The position numbers were made by a program, and so were the translations under genes. The notes beneath the pieces are model-generated. The model saw only the letters and a program-made list of their open reading frames with translations, searched no databases and was not told the origin of the DNA. A stretch of 62,979 nt of DNA, filler included, from Octopus bimaculoides (taxonomy: Eukaryota): assembly GCF_001194135.2 (NCBI RefSeq). It is 6 parts of 5 records of this genome, joined end to end, with 100 filler letters (N's around TTAATTAATTAA, not from the genome) between each part and the next. Parts side by side here need not be neighbours in the genome. Positions count along the whole stretch, not along the records: positions 9,002 to 20,733 come from NC_068984.1; positions 20,834 to 52,395 come from NC_068981.1; 4 more parts are not named here. One strand, 5' to 3'. This document shows, in pieces, positions 12,249-25,435 of this stretch (position 1 is the first letter of the stretch; every line of letters starts with the position of its first letter).

Positions 12249-14038
12249 TGTGTGTGTGTGTGTGTGTATGTGTGTGTGTGTGTGTATGTGTATGTATATG
12301 TTTTTTTTTTCTTTTTGGTAATGATAACGTAATTGCAGCAATAACCTGGAAATTTAATTTCGATGTTAAAGCTTTAGAATTACTTCACAACAGAATGTTA
12401 TTGGTTTTAACCTCCAAACTGGTTTAAATATAAATATAGATGCACTAGAATGATAATACTTCATTACATATCTTTAAACTACTAATATTTACATAATGAC
12501 ACCTTCCTCCACTGCAGATAAATACTAAAAATTACTTTGCTTCACCTCTGTTCGTAATTGACTCTTCGAACCTAGTATTCTACGTATATTTTAACTAAAC
12601 TTCACCTTTGAACTTCCATAACTTCTCTCGTACGTCAACTCTGTTTTCTCTATACAGTACCCGTGATATTTATCCATTGGCAGTTTTTTTACCGACGTCA
12701 CTCCATTTAAGCACTACCCGTCTACACCCGTACCACGCACCTATATTTCTTACGTTTGTTTTTCTGTTATCTGAAAATAGAAATATGCATGTAAACGTTA
12801 TCGACTACACTCAATCAATGTATATGATTCTTGTGTTCACCGGTTGACTGCGGAATAACACTTGGGGGACGATTTTCTTTCATAAAACAGAGTGTTATAA
12901 GCGCAAGAAAGTTATAGAGAGGCAAAACAACTCCCTTCCGACTTAATTTAAAAGTGACAGATTTAGATACTTCACTATTGTGAGGCTATCAACATTACCT
13001 ACCTGAATCGAAACAGTGACGATTCGAATCACCAATCTATAGCTGTATATATAGTGTAAGAACTAGTCGCTGGTATGACACGGCGATGCATACCTAAGAG
13101 TCAATTCGTTAGAAATATAGATATTGTTTCTGTTATTCCAATTAACAGTTGTCAGAAGTATAAAAAATATATAAGTATTCAAGAACATCGACGCTGCTTG
13201 AAAACGTTAACTTATATAATATGGAAAGTAGATATTATAATTGTTTTACTTATTATTTCTGCGCAAAACTTTAAATAATTCGTTCACAAATTATCGACTT
13301 CGACGACTATCAAAAAGTTAATCTTCACTAGACACCGACTGCTAGTCATGAAGAAATCGCATTCATTATGTTCGGATAATCTTATGTTGTTACAAGTTGC
13401 TATCATGTCTCTTTAGATCTCACAAACGCTAGTGGAATAAATGTCTGTGTTGTATGAAATACCTGTGCTGTTTGAACTATTTTAGATTTAAATAGCTACA
13501 CATCACAGAATAAAATTACAAATTCTCAGTTAATGTAATACTTTCAAGTTATTTTTGCAATTCATTGTCTGATTTAAAATATTTACTGTGTTGATATTTA
13601 TAATTTTATATCCTCAATTTTTATTCTGTACTTTACTGAACATTTTGTTTATTCTTTATTTTGCATACTTTATTTAGTGTATGGTGTGAGTATATATATA
13701 TATATGCTTTATTAAAATATTTCCTCATTCGTTCGTTGCTTCAATGTAAAACCATTTTAAAAATTATACTCTAATGACTGGTATTTCACCTTTGAAAGCC
13801 CATGATACCAATTTTGATAAAATTTCAAATATTCAAGCATATTATCTTATTTTCAGATACTGTATTAGATAGAAATGAATATTTAGAAACAATCAAATCT
13901 TTCTTCCAAATACTCACAATTAAAATAAGTTCATAAATAGAAAAAACAAAATGAAATGCAATAATTTCATATAAATGTCACTGAAAATTGTATTAAAATT
14001 ATTGATTATTTGATTAAGTAGAACATTTATTTTATTAG

Positions 14039-14150
14039 ACTTGGGTACAATATGATGTTTATGTTATTGTCAAAGAGGAATGGAATCCAACATTGGTACC
14101 TCCACGAGTTTCCAGTTCGAAAATACTTGCACAAACCTTTAAAATGCAAG
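14039..14150 (+). CDS. Candidate internal exon of an unidentified gene
   Basis: TTATTTTATTAG acceptor and AAG/GTAATT donor. 112 nt, open in two frames; one reads TWVQYDVYVIVKEEWNPTLVPPRVSSSKILAQTFKMQ. No homology confirmed. Confidence 0.3.
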
Positions 14151-14411
14151 GTAATTTAATTCAAATCTGTATTAAATGTATTTATTCTCTTTTTTTAAAA
14201 TTAGTTTTGGATCTTCATTAAAGTGCCTTTGGTGTGTTATTAATACTTATTTTAACGATAAAGACGGACTGCAATGAACTTGCTTTTCCAATTTGCCAGC
14301 ACAAATCAGCAATTTTATCTCAAAATACGTGACTCATTTATATATTATTGTAGTAGAAACGTTATCTAACTCAGGCGAAGAAAGTTATCAATCTAAGCAA
14401 TTGAGTATATT

Positions 14412-14442
<31 letters not shown>

Positions 14443-15015
14443 NNNNNNNNNNNNNNNNNNNNNNNNNNNNNNNNNNNNNNNNNNNNNNNNNNNNNNNNNN
14501 NNNNNNNNNNNNNNNNNNNNNNNNNNNNNNNNNNNNNNNNNNNNNNNNNNNNNNNNNNNNNNNNNNNNNNNNNNNNNNNNNNNNNNNNNNNNNNNNNNNN
14601 NNNNNNNNNNNNNNNNNNNNNNNNNNNNNNNNNNNNNNNNNNNNNNNNNNNNNNNNNNNNNNNNNNNNNNNNNNNNNNNNNNNNNNNNNNNNNNNNNNNN
14701 NNNNNNNNNNNNNNNNNNNNNNNNNNNNNNNNNNNNNNNNNNNNNNNNNNNNNNNNNNNNNNNNNNNNNNNNNNNNNNNNNNNNNNNNNNNNNNNNNNNN
14801 NNNNNNNNNNNNNNNNNNNNNNNNNNNNNNNNNNNNNNNNNNNNNNNNNNNNNNNNNNNNNNNNNNNNNNNNNNNNNNNNNNNNNNNNNNNNNNNNNNNN
14901 NNNNNNNNNNNNNNNNNNNNNNNNNNNNNNNNNNNNNNNNNNNNNNNNNNNNNNNNNNNNNNNNNNNNNNNNNNNNNNNNNNNNNNNNNNNNNNNNNNNN
15001 NNNNNNNNNNNNNNN

Positions 15016-15046
<31 letters not shown>

Positions 15047-15479
15047 ATGATAATTGCTCTGTCGTTTCTCTTCTCTTAGCTGAGTATAGCAAAGAAGTAA
15101 TTCTCCAACAAATACTGATATCCTCGTAAACATCAAAATAAAAGAAACCCGACTGTTTTACATAAGAGCCCTTAGACATACGTTGTCACCTCTGGTATAG
15201 ACGTCTACTGATGTTTCCTCTCTTTATTTTATAGAAATTACACGCTTTCATCTCGACACTGGTGTGCCACGAGTTGTCTCAACGGAAGCGTTATATTTTA
15301 ACACGTGTCTTCTTCTCACATTAGACGTTGCCCACAACTCTAAGCAAAAACACTGGCCACTCTGAATTATTGCCACCTGGAACCCATTCTATTTTCAAGG
15401 CTATCTTGCGGGTTTCAATGTTTAACAGAATAGTGAATCTTACTGGTTGTGGTTAGAAGGCATGTGTATGTCACATGGT

Positions 15480-16400
15480 CAAAAAATGAAGGCTATTGTA
15501 CCTGAAAACGGTTATAAACAGCTGGTAATAATTGAGGTAGGTTGAATTAAACACCAACATGAAACGAAAGACAAAGAAAGTGTACCTGCAGCGATTGAGA
15601 AAAATATTGCCTTCAACTCTCATTGCCAGCAACATGATTTTGGCAGTAAACTCACGGGCAGTCACAGTAGTCCGGTATGGCCCTGGGGAGGAGCTAAAGG
15701 ACTTAAACAGGAAGACAAGAAAGCTCCTACCTTAGGATGCATGAAGTCCATCATCCACATGCACACCTTGATCGTGTATACATGAAGAGGACAAATAGAG
15801 GAAGGGGACTGGCAAATGTGGAAGACTGCGTATGTATTGAACTCGAGTGCTTAATCAGATACCTAGCCCAAAGTAAGGAAACTTTCCTAATCTGAGTTAG
15901 GAATGAGAGTATTGAAAGCAGAGCAAAAGGGAAGAAAAAGGAAGAAGTAGGAAAAGGACGAAGAAGAATTATGCAACAAGGGACTACATAATCAATTCCA
16001 TGTAGCCACAACTGAATTTGCTAGAAAAGAAAACATAAGTGAGATTGGCTGAAGCAAGGAAGAGTGAAAAAAGAAACCGAGAGCACTATGCTGGCAGTTT
16101 GTTGAAAAAATTCCTACGTGAACAGAGACCAATTGTTCATAAATAGAATGATTTTAGGAAATTGCCGGAACCAAAGTGCTTGAGTACGGCATCGAAGACT
16201 AAAAGAAAGTGTTTGAAAATATCCTTCAGAAATGAATACTCAAGGCCCTTGTTATATGCATGATTTCTCGTAATCTCCAATTTTTTACGAATTAGAATGA
16301 CCAATGATACGGTGTGCTTATCCAACAACATCAACGTCAAATGTGGCAACTTCCAAGGTGACTCCCCCACTCCATTACTTTTTACATAGCACTGATGTCA
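15480..16400 (+). mobile_element. R4-like non-LTR retrotransposon remnants (two segments)
   Basis: YLQRLRKIL...AVNSRAVTVVRY, EELKDLNRKTRK, LDRVYMKRTNRGRGLANVED, WLKQGRVKKETES; then QLFINRMI, D*KKVFENI..*ILKAL, GNFQGDSPTPL. Confidence 0.8.
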
Positions 16401-18574
16401 CTCTCAAATGAATTGTATAACACTGGCGTTGGGTACAAAATTCTCCACACGATAATAAATCTAAACTTGTTTGTAAAGAATAACCAAGAGCTAGAAGGAC
16501 TGCTGTATTTTCTAAACATATGCATGAAATTACAGAAACTTTGTTAGCTAGTATTATTAGTAGATTTATCTCCAATACAAATCTTTAAGCCTACGATGTC
16601 GATATGCGTAATGTTTATGTAACGTTGACGGATCGACACTATTTCCCTTCGTGAAATTACACAGATTCTTGCAGCGTTTCAAACGAAATTTAATTTCTTC
16701 GGAGAACGCACAAGATCAATGACTATATTTAATGCCGGTGATATTTGGCTAAAAAGAAATATGAGTCATAATTGGGCATTGATCGCTCGCCGAAGTTCAT
16801 TATTAATACGGAGTTCCTAAGGGGGGAGAATGAAAATATATGCAAGAGATAAATCATAATTTTCTACTACGTGGATAAAGGAGTGGAGTCCACACAAGTA
16901 CCATGCATTCTTAGTTATATTAACCGGATTAAACAGAATTTACATACTGAGAGGCAGTTCGGAGAAAGCATGCCACTAGGAAACAATAGAAGACAACATC
17001 TGCATTAATAACCCAAATCAATTCATACAAGAAGAATACTTTGATAAGTTCATATGTTAGATAAATTTACATGATTAGTGAAGAGAGAGAAGAGAGGGAG
17101 AAAGAGATGTAAATACGAGAGAGTGAGTGCTTTGATTCGTAAGCCATACAAAGTGAGTGTATATATATNNNNNNNNNNNNNNNNNNNNNNNNNNNNNNNN
17201 NNNNNNNNNNNNNNNNNNNNNNNNNNNNNNNNNNNNNNNNNNNNNNNNNNNNNNNNNNNNNNNNNNNNNNNNNNNNNNNNNNNNNNNNNNNNNNNNNNNN
17301 NNNNNNNNNNNNNNNNNNNNNNNNNNNNNNNNNNNNNNNNNNNGTGTGTGTGTGTGCGTGTATGTGTGTGTGTGTGTGTGTGTGCGTATGCGTGTATGTG
17401 TGTTAATAAAGAAATACCGTTCGACGTTAATGAGATAGTTCATTTGAAAATTAGTTATCATTCTCACGGAAATAGTGTATAGTTATAAGGTCAATATATA
17501 TAATCAATTGTTCCTTCTTCAGAAGATTAATAATACATAATCACCCATGGGATCAAATCCCTTGTGGGAGATGAACACAAGTCATTGAATGAAAGAAATT
17601 AATGTCTAAGTATATGAACATTACTTTCATAATAAATCTGTCATCTTCATCATGTAGCGTGCAGTTATTTCAAGTCATTTATCCTTTCAAAAGGCAGTGA
17701 TTCTGTAGGATGGTTAACAAGATCTGAAGTAATATTTCATTGAGTATCTTAAATGCTGAGTTCTAATTCTCCCAAAGCCGAAACATATTTTCCTCTTTTT
17801 GAGGTACCAATCGTCTGTTTATACTTAGATACAAATCCTGATGCTCTTGTGTAAGCAGCAATGTTACTGATAGTCTATACTAACTACATTAAACTTACAT
17901 ATACCAGTGTGATGCAAAGCAAAGTATTGGTCTCACATTTTGGCTCAATGCCAGCAAGTTCGGAATAGGAGACAGCCGATTACATCGGTCTTTGTATTCG
18001 TTTGGTACTTATTCTATCGACACCGAAAGGATGAAAGGCAATGTCATCTTCTGTGGAATTTGAAATCTGAGTGCCAAGATGTACGAAATGCCGCTAACAA
18101 TTTTGGCCAGCTCAACGTCTTCCTCCCAAGCAAAATTTTATCATCTAGAATGTTCGTTCAGGAGCGAAGACTACTAGGTTATTTTTTCTGGATTAATTCT
18201 CACCAAGATGTACACTGCCTTCCATTTTCCTAGGCTCGCAGAAATAAAATACCAATTTAATAATTGAGTATACATAATCGACTTTTATCTACCACCCAAA
18301 TTTAGGAATTCGTGTGAAGTTACAATTTCATTTCACACAAACACTACTCAGAAACTCCACTCAGCTCTGCAGCCCGTACGTACTTACATTAATTGTCGGT
18401 ATATATCCGAGTCATCTCCCCTGAGGCATCCAGTAGGGTCTTTCTCAGTCCCATATTCGCGAATTGACACCTTATCTGCCGTAGACATGTGACTTATAGA
18501 TGACAAAGACGAGCTGCCCACCCAACCGGATCCTCTGTGTCGAGAACACAGTAAGCAGGATCTACCTCGGAACA

Positions 18575-19110
18575 AGATCGCAGCCTTGTACACCGGAACA
18601 CTCAGTGCAGCTCAGTTTCGAGGTTTTAAATCTGATTTTTTTTTCCAGTTAGCTCCGGAATCCCGCAGAAATTTGTCTTTGCGCCCACTTGTGCAATTCT
18701 AGCACTGAGTGGATACGCGGCTGAATGTTGGCTTGATCATGTTGTGGTGCACTCATTTATAATCTAGGCTGAAAAACCTTGGTTTTGATGGTGAGATTTA
18801 TTCTTGCTAATTTTCTGTATGACTTAAAGTACGCTTTCCTTTCACTGAGAGAGAGCGAGAAAGCGGAGTCGTTTGACCTTGGAATCTCTCGGAGCAAAAG
18901 AAAAATCCAGTCCTTTGTTAGCTTCTTCGCGGACACCACCACAGTTGTTCTTGTTGTGGGTGATAATGTCGAAGTTGCTGACCACGTCACTTATCTCGAC
19001 AGTAAGATTAATAGCGGAATTACATGCAAGTCAGAAGTCCTAAGAAATTTGGTGGAGCTGGTGCAGTTGTGGACTTATTGGACAAGTATGTTTGACGCTG
19101 CCGGCATGTA
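18575..19110 (+). mobile_element. RTE-like LINE reverse transcriptase remnant
   Basis: IAALYTGTLSA...SDFF, SGIPQKFVFAPT (GVRQGCVLAPT-like), LGISRSKRKIQSF, VEVADHVTYLDSKI. Confidence 0.75.
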
Positions 19111-20084
19111 ATAAATCTACAAATATTAATGTATCGTTAGACCTATACATATGTTATTTGCTGGATGAGAACTATATGCGGAGACAGAATATTTACTCGT
19201 TAAGAATATACAAAAAGATATTAATAATAATAATATTCCAAAAATTTGAAATTGGAAATACTATGAGCGTTTATGTATTATCGAAAATAAGAGATCTAAC
19301 TGAGTATTTGATAATAATAAATAACCCAACTTTACATTTATCGAAAAGCTGCGTATAAAGCCAGCAATATATACGTGAACCGTTTATATATTAGCAGGGC
19401 AGGAGGTCGTGTAAAACACTCTCCCATAAATAGTAATTGTGCGTAGCAGAACTCAATATTATGATAGAAGGAGTATTGCCCTAATTTTGCTGCTATTCAT
19501 TAAGTCGTGGGGTCGATATAATCGACTATCTCCCAGCACGAAATTTCACGCCCTATGACTATAATACAAGGATTTATTTTGCTCCTCCTCTTCAACATCA
19601 TCATTGATATCATCCCCATCACCACCATCATCATCCTCATCGTTATTATGGAGTTGATTACTTCTCATCACACCATAATATCCTAAAATCACGCAATATT
19701 AACGTAATCCAGTTTTCTTGTATACTCCATGAAATCCGACTTGTGGCTAAAAAACATCAAGAAACAAATATAAAATGAAATCTGATAGAAGGCGAATGCA
19801 TTTCTTTCGCATGTACTAGTGTAATGTGCATTTTGGTAACATAAATATAAATAAGTTTAATATTGTTTAACGAAGTATTTCGTTATTCCACAAATATGAA
19901 ATTCATAGTTTCTACAAAACAAATGACACCTCACTCTCAAGATTGATACTCTGAAATACTATTTAACGTCAAAACAAAGGTAATAATACATATATGCGCT
20001 CTTGAATGAGATCTTTGTATACAGTACAGGTTAAAAAATAAGTAAGAATTTTAAACAATTCACATTATGCAAACGATATTGATT

Positions 20085-20733
20085 TCAAAGTTTGGCCCAA
20101 AGCAAGTAAGATCAGGGAAACAAGTCGATTACATCGACGCTAGTGCTCAGCTGGTGCTTTCGTTATTGACTCTGAAAGTTCGAAGGGGAAAATCGACCGT
20201 GGCGGCAGGTGGCATTTGAATCAGACTTTGAAGACAGACAAAATGGTGCAAAAAATGTACCCGTCGTGCTGACGATTCTCTCAACCCACCCTCTTAAAAA
20301 ATATAAATAATATTGCTTTCAGATTTTGGCATATGATCAGCAATTTTCGATGTGGGGGTTAGTCCATTACTTCCACCCAAGTGCTCAACTCATGTTTATT
20401 TTATTGACCTACTAAAGATGATGGGCCAAGACAACCTCGGCAGAATTTGAAACCAGAACCTAAGACGGATGAAATGCCGCAAAGTGTTTTTTTATGTAAA
20501 GTCGAACCTGCAAGCTAGCCGCCAATAAATTATAAATAATGGCAAAATCATCAAAAATGCATCGATCTTGGCACACTCGTTAGCATTCCGGGCAAAATGC
20601 TTCGCGGCATTTCATCCTTCGTTACGTTTTGAGTTCAAATTCTGCCGAGGTTCTTAATCATTAGGGAAACGATAAAATAATTACCAGTAGAGCACTGGCG
20701 TCGATGTAAACAGCTTACCCCATCCTCGAAATT
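20085..20733. mobile_element. Cluster of three family C SINEs (two minus, one plus)
   Basis: Copies at about 20085-20290(-), 20310-20525(-) and 20570-20733(+); the last two are head-to-head. Confidence 0.75.
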
Positions 20734-21431
20734 NNNNNNNNNNNNNNNNNNNNNNNNNNNNNNNNNNNNNNNNNNNNTTAATTAATTAANNNNNNNNNNN
20801 NNNNNNNNNNNNNNNNNNNNNNNNNNNNNNNNNATATGTATATATTGATATATGGATATATATGTGTATGTGTATGTATGTATATGTGAGTGTGGGTTTT
20901 TACGTAGGTGTGTATATAAATATGCATATATGAATTTATTGGAGTATATGTGGGTTTGTTTGTATATATATGCACATACACATAAGTATAAATGATTATA
21001 TACATTCATCTCAATATTTTCATAGAAACACAGGATTAACCCCATTTATAATGCCTTTTTATTACATAACATTCCTCTCCCAAAAAATTTTTTATTTGAT
21101 TTATATCATCCTATCTACTCCCAACTCTACACTCTGAATTTTCTTTCTCTCTCTCTTTTTTTTTTTTTTCTCTTCCTTTCTTGTCCAACGTACTATTTGG
21201 TAGCGTCCTAATCTCCAACGGTTTTTTCAAATGAATTACGTTATAACCTTATCCATTTATAGTCCTCATATTCGGTTATAATGTCTTACGTTTAAGTTGG
21301 TTCCCATACATTTGCCTGAGAAGTTTACATTTTTAACATCGCCGATTCCTATGGATCGCATAAATTGTAATTCTTCGAAACATATGTCGGAATAAAAGTA
21401 TGCAGTTATAACATGCGTTTACTCCATTCTT

Positions 21432-21484
<53 letters not shown>

Positions 21485-21489
21485 TGATA

Positions 21490-23072
21490 TGCATAGACAG
21501 GGGAGAAATGAAGGTAGTATGCCCTGTTAGATGTGTAACCTCAGTGTGCATGTATGACAAAGTGCAAATGTATTGAGAGAAAAGTTGGACATAAGAGGAA
21601 TCGAATGTAGCATGCAAGAGAGAAGACTTTGTTGGTTTGGACATGTGATGTGTATGAATGAGGACAGCTGCATTAAGAAGTGCCAATCACTGAAAGTAGA
21701 TGGTACCCACAGAAGAGGGAGACTCAGGAAGATGTGGGTGAAGTGGTATGGACTGATCCCAGAATGTTGGGTCTCATGGAGGAAATGACAATGGACTGAG
21801 ATGTCTGGTGATATGAAGTTCTTGAGAAGACCTGCCTGTGTCAGCAAAACTGAGCAACTGTGTGTCCCGCCCAAACTTAACAAGAAAATTTCTCTCACCC
21901 TCTACCACAACAAACCAAACTACATCTTTACATCTCTTCACTTCCTCGCATTTCCACTTCATGCACTAGGCTTACTGCCCACTCCCCAATCCTGTCCTTG
22001 GCCCTGTGCCACTGTATCATTGCTCTCCGCTAGCTTCTGACCTGTATGTTCCACCCATGCCCTGTCTCACTGTATCATTGCTGTGTATTCCATCAGCCTG
22101 TGTTTTCCACCCACACATAACAAGAAAACTTTTCACACACCCTACACCAACAAACCAATCTACATCTCTACATCACTTCTCTTCCTCATATTTCCTCCTT
22201 CATACACTATGTCTACCTCTCACTCCCCAATCCTGTCCTCGTGGCTCTGTTCCTCTGTATCATTGCTATCTGGTAGGACCCCCCTCCCCCCACCGACTAT
22301 ATATATCCAGGTTTTCACTACTCACTTCCACCCTCTCCTGCACTCTCTAATCATACTTCTTTTGCAATATCCTGCCACTTGTATTATGACCTTTGAACCT
22401 CAAGGGCCACCATCTATATCTCTCTCTTCCTTTACTCAACCATCCCATTTATAATTTGATCCCTGTTTCTTGTGAGTATGCCCGGCACTTTGCAACCATC
22501 TCTATCCTGCTGTCTCCCACTCCCTCTCTCTCCTTCTCCTGCACTTCTCTCAGGTTGGGTAACCACATATTTCCTTTGTGGCAGTGCATCTGTTTCTGTC
22601 TTCATTCCAGATCTGTCTGTCTGTCTCTCACTAGGTAACCTTGTACCTCCTCTACAGCAAGACACCTGTTTCTGTCTCTCTGCCTTGCTTTCATCATCTG
22701 ACACAAGAGCACCTCCTCCAATGTCCCCTTCCCTCTCTAAAGGTTTTTGTCTTGCAAGTACTTGGTGACCCTGTCAGTGCAGGTGCTACTTAAAAGCACC
22801 CAGCTCACACTGTAAAGTGGTTGGCATTTGGAAGGGCATCCAGCTGTAAAAACCTTGCCAAAACTGACCTTGCCTATGCTTGTGCTATGTAAAAAGCACT
22901 AAGTCCACTCTGCTGAGTGGATGGTGCTAGGAAGGGCATCCAGTTGTAAAAGTCCTATCAAAACAGTTACAGATATCTGGTGCAGGCTTCTGCTTGGCCA
23001 GCTCTTGTCAAACCATCCCACTCATGCCAGCATGGAAGGCGGACGTTAAACGATGATGATGATGATGATGAT
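21490..23072 (+). mobile_element. 3' portion of an RTE-like LINE with long 3' UTR and (GAT)n tail
   Basis: LREKLDIRGIECSMQERRLCWFGHVMCMNEDSCIKKC...RRGRLRKMW; ends CATGCCAGCATGGAAGGCGGACGTTAAACGATGATGATG. The same tail occurs as short copies at about 5610-5700, 26480-26680, 41480-41690, 48115-48285 and 49450-49600. Confidence 0.8.
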
Positions 23073-23449
23073 ATAAGGATTTAATAAGTACCTTTCATGA
23101 CACTCAACTCTTGAGTCTTTGTCGTAATTTTCTGTCATTTAAAAAATAAATACATATATGTCTTTATATATATATGTGTGTGTGTATTCATGTAGAGCTC
23201 ATTCACATGGCTCTAAAAGTCATCTTTTCATTTTCTAAAGTGAAAACGATCCAACTGTATCTTTAAAAATACTTTTTACCTGTATTTTCTTCAATGTTTA
23301 CAATATGTTAGAATTAAATCTTCATTTTTCATCTGTTCATGTTCATGTCCTTTTTTTTTATTGACTGAAAAATTGTTAAAATATTCTAAAAATTTTGCAC
23401 TTATCAGATTTCAATGATGTAAATTTTTCTGTTACTTTGCCTTCTGCAG

Positions 23450-23527
23450 CTAAAAGCCAGGAAATCTCGCAAGCGAATTATTATGGCTTCTTTATATCTT
23501 GGAACTGGCACTTTGGAGCAAGAGCTG
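23450..23527 (+). CDS. PGS1: PGS1 internal exon (78 nt, phase 0-0)
   Basis: CCTTCTGCAG acceptor, CTG/GTATGT donor. Translates LKARKSRKRIIMASLYLGTGTLEQEL, matching the PGS1 motif RRVVMASLYLGTGPLEQEL, and splices in frame to the 25436 exon. Confidence 0.95.
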
Positions 23528-24909
23528 GTATGTGTTTTTTCTTGATGATTCTTCGATCATAATTTATTCTAATGAGCATGAAGGCAAGAAATAGACTTTC
23601 ACTTCCAATTTCTAATTTGTGATTATCAAGAAAACATTTTCAACAAAACAAAAGAAATTTAGAGGAATAGTTCTATCTGGTAAGGTTAGAAAGATTTTAG
23701 AAAGACTAGTGATTTTTAGAATTCGTACAAGAACAATCCTCAACCTAGTCATATGACATTTAAAGTGACTGTTAGTGAAGGTGTGTAACTCAGTCATTAG
23801 GATGTTTGGCTCATGATCATAAGGCTGTGAGTTCAATTCCTGGTGGCACATTGTGTCCTTCAGCAAGACACTTTATTTCGCATTGCTCCTGTTCACTCAG
23901 CTGGCAAAAGTGAATTGTACCGGAAATTCAAAGAGCCAGGCTTGTCACACTCTGTGATAAAGTTATTTTATTAAATTCTTCATTTATTACCAAAATTAAT
24001 TAAAACAAAGACAGTGTATTTTAACTGGAATTTAGTAACGAAAAGGTTAAAGGAGGAAAGAGTTGGGTCCCTGGTCTTTGTATCTTCTCCAAGATGTTCA
24101 TCTTGAATAACCAAAAGTTGATGAATACAAGCGAAATATGGTGAGGAGGGAATTCAGGGTAGCCAACACTCTGGAGAGATAGGATGGAGGAAAGTTGTTA
24201 GTGTGTAGCTTCCACTGGGCAACTTTTTCTTTTTATATTATCTGATTATCAGTGGCACCAAATGTAAGAAATGATATAATAAGGGATCTTAGTGTCCCAG
24301 CTAGATGCCTGGTCCAAATGCTTGCAACTCTGCTGAAGGCACCCACAGTCCAGGAAATGGTATTATAGTGGGGTATTTGACATACAGGGTTTACATGCCA
24401 AAATTCAGTTTATTAAAGTATCTTTTATCTTTTATCATTTAATTGTTTCAGTCATTAGAATGTGGCCATGCTGGGGCACCACCTTGAATGGTTTTAATCT
24501 AACAGATTAACCCCAGTACTTATTTCATCAAAGTTTGGTACTTATTTTATTAGCCTTTTTTGTTGACATGCAACGTTACAAGGACGTAAACAAACCGACA
24601 CTGGTTGTCACATAGTGACTGGGGAAAAACACAAACACAAAAGCACTTACACCCCCCCACATTCACACATGTACACGCACACACAAGCATATGCAATAGG
24701 CTTCCACGCAGTTTCCTTCTACCAAATTCACTCACAAGGTCTTGGTCAGTCTGGCTGCACAGTGGAACTGAACCTGAAATCAAGTGGTTGCAAAGTGAGT
24801 TCCTTGTCCACTCAGCCATGCCTGTGCCTATTATATCGGTATATTATATCTATATATTTAAAACATGTCTTTTGATGATATACAGATTTATTGCTTTTTT
24901 TATTGATTA

Positions 24910-25377
24910 CACTGTGTAACATGATTTTTGTCCCTGGGTAGCAACTGCTATTTCCTATTTGCTTACTCCGAGAAAGTATGAAAAATGGCTAATATTTCCT
25001 TCAGACGTTGCTTTTATTACATTTATTCAAACTCCAAAGAATCCCTCTCAACACATGGCTATGATGCTCTCTGCTCATGATTAGAGATGCACGTAATTAT
25101 CAGCCACTAAGAGACATGCTCAAGTGGTTAAGGTCAAGCGACTGACAAACAAATCTGTGGTATTGAGTAGAATATTTGCTATGATGATATTTCTGCTTTA
25201 GCACCTCAGCACTGAATCTATCTGAAATGTAATGGAAAAACATTGATGTCCAGGTGACAAAAGCGAAGTTTGAAGGGAATAGTAGTAATTTCCTTTGATT
25301 TCTAGACAGAAGCAAATTAGAAATAATACTTACTGACCAAAGACAAAGAAAAATTAAAAAAATTTTTTTACACAGTG
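24910..25377. mobile_element. Non-autonomous DNA transposon with CACTGTG...CACAGTG termini
   Basis: Short TIRs; second copy at 46947-47334 shares long internal blocks. TSD not resolved. Ends 58 bp before the PGS1 acceptor. Confidence 0.7.
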
Positions 25378-25435
25378 TTGTCATTTCCTTGTGTTTTTTC
25401 TTGAATTTATTTCTAATCTTGATTATCTATTTCAG

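Noticed and set aside
14080-14125. WNPTLVPPRVSSSK resembling human PGS1 WIRNLVPEFGVSSSH (from memory)
   Set aside because: It lacks the conserved P-x-F and the following P..F...L segment, and ends in phase 1 whereas the next PGS1 exon needs phase 0; probably coincidence.
14293-15179. Long ORFs spanning N runs (also near 38025-38722, 49632-50579 and 57842-58189)
   Set aside because: Their length comes from X residues in gaps.
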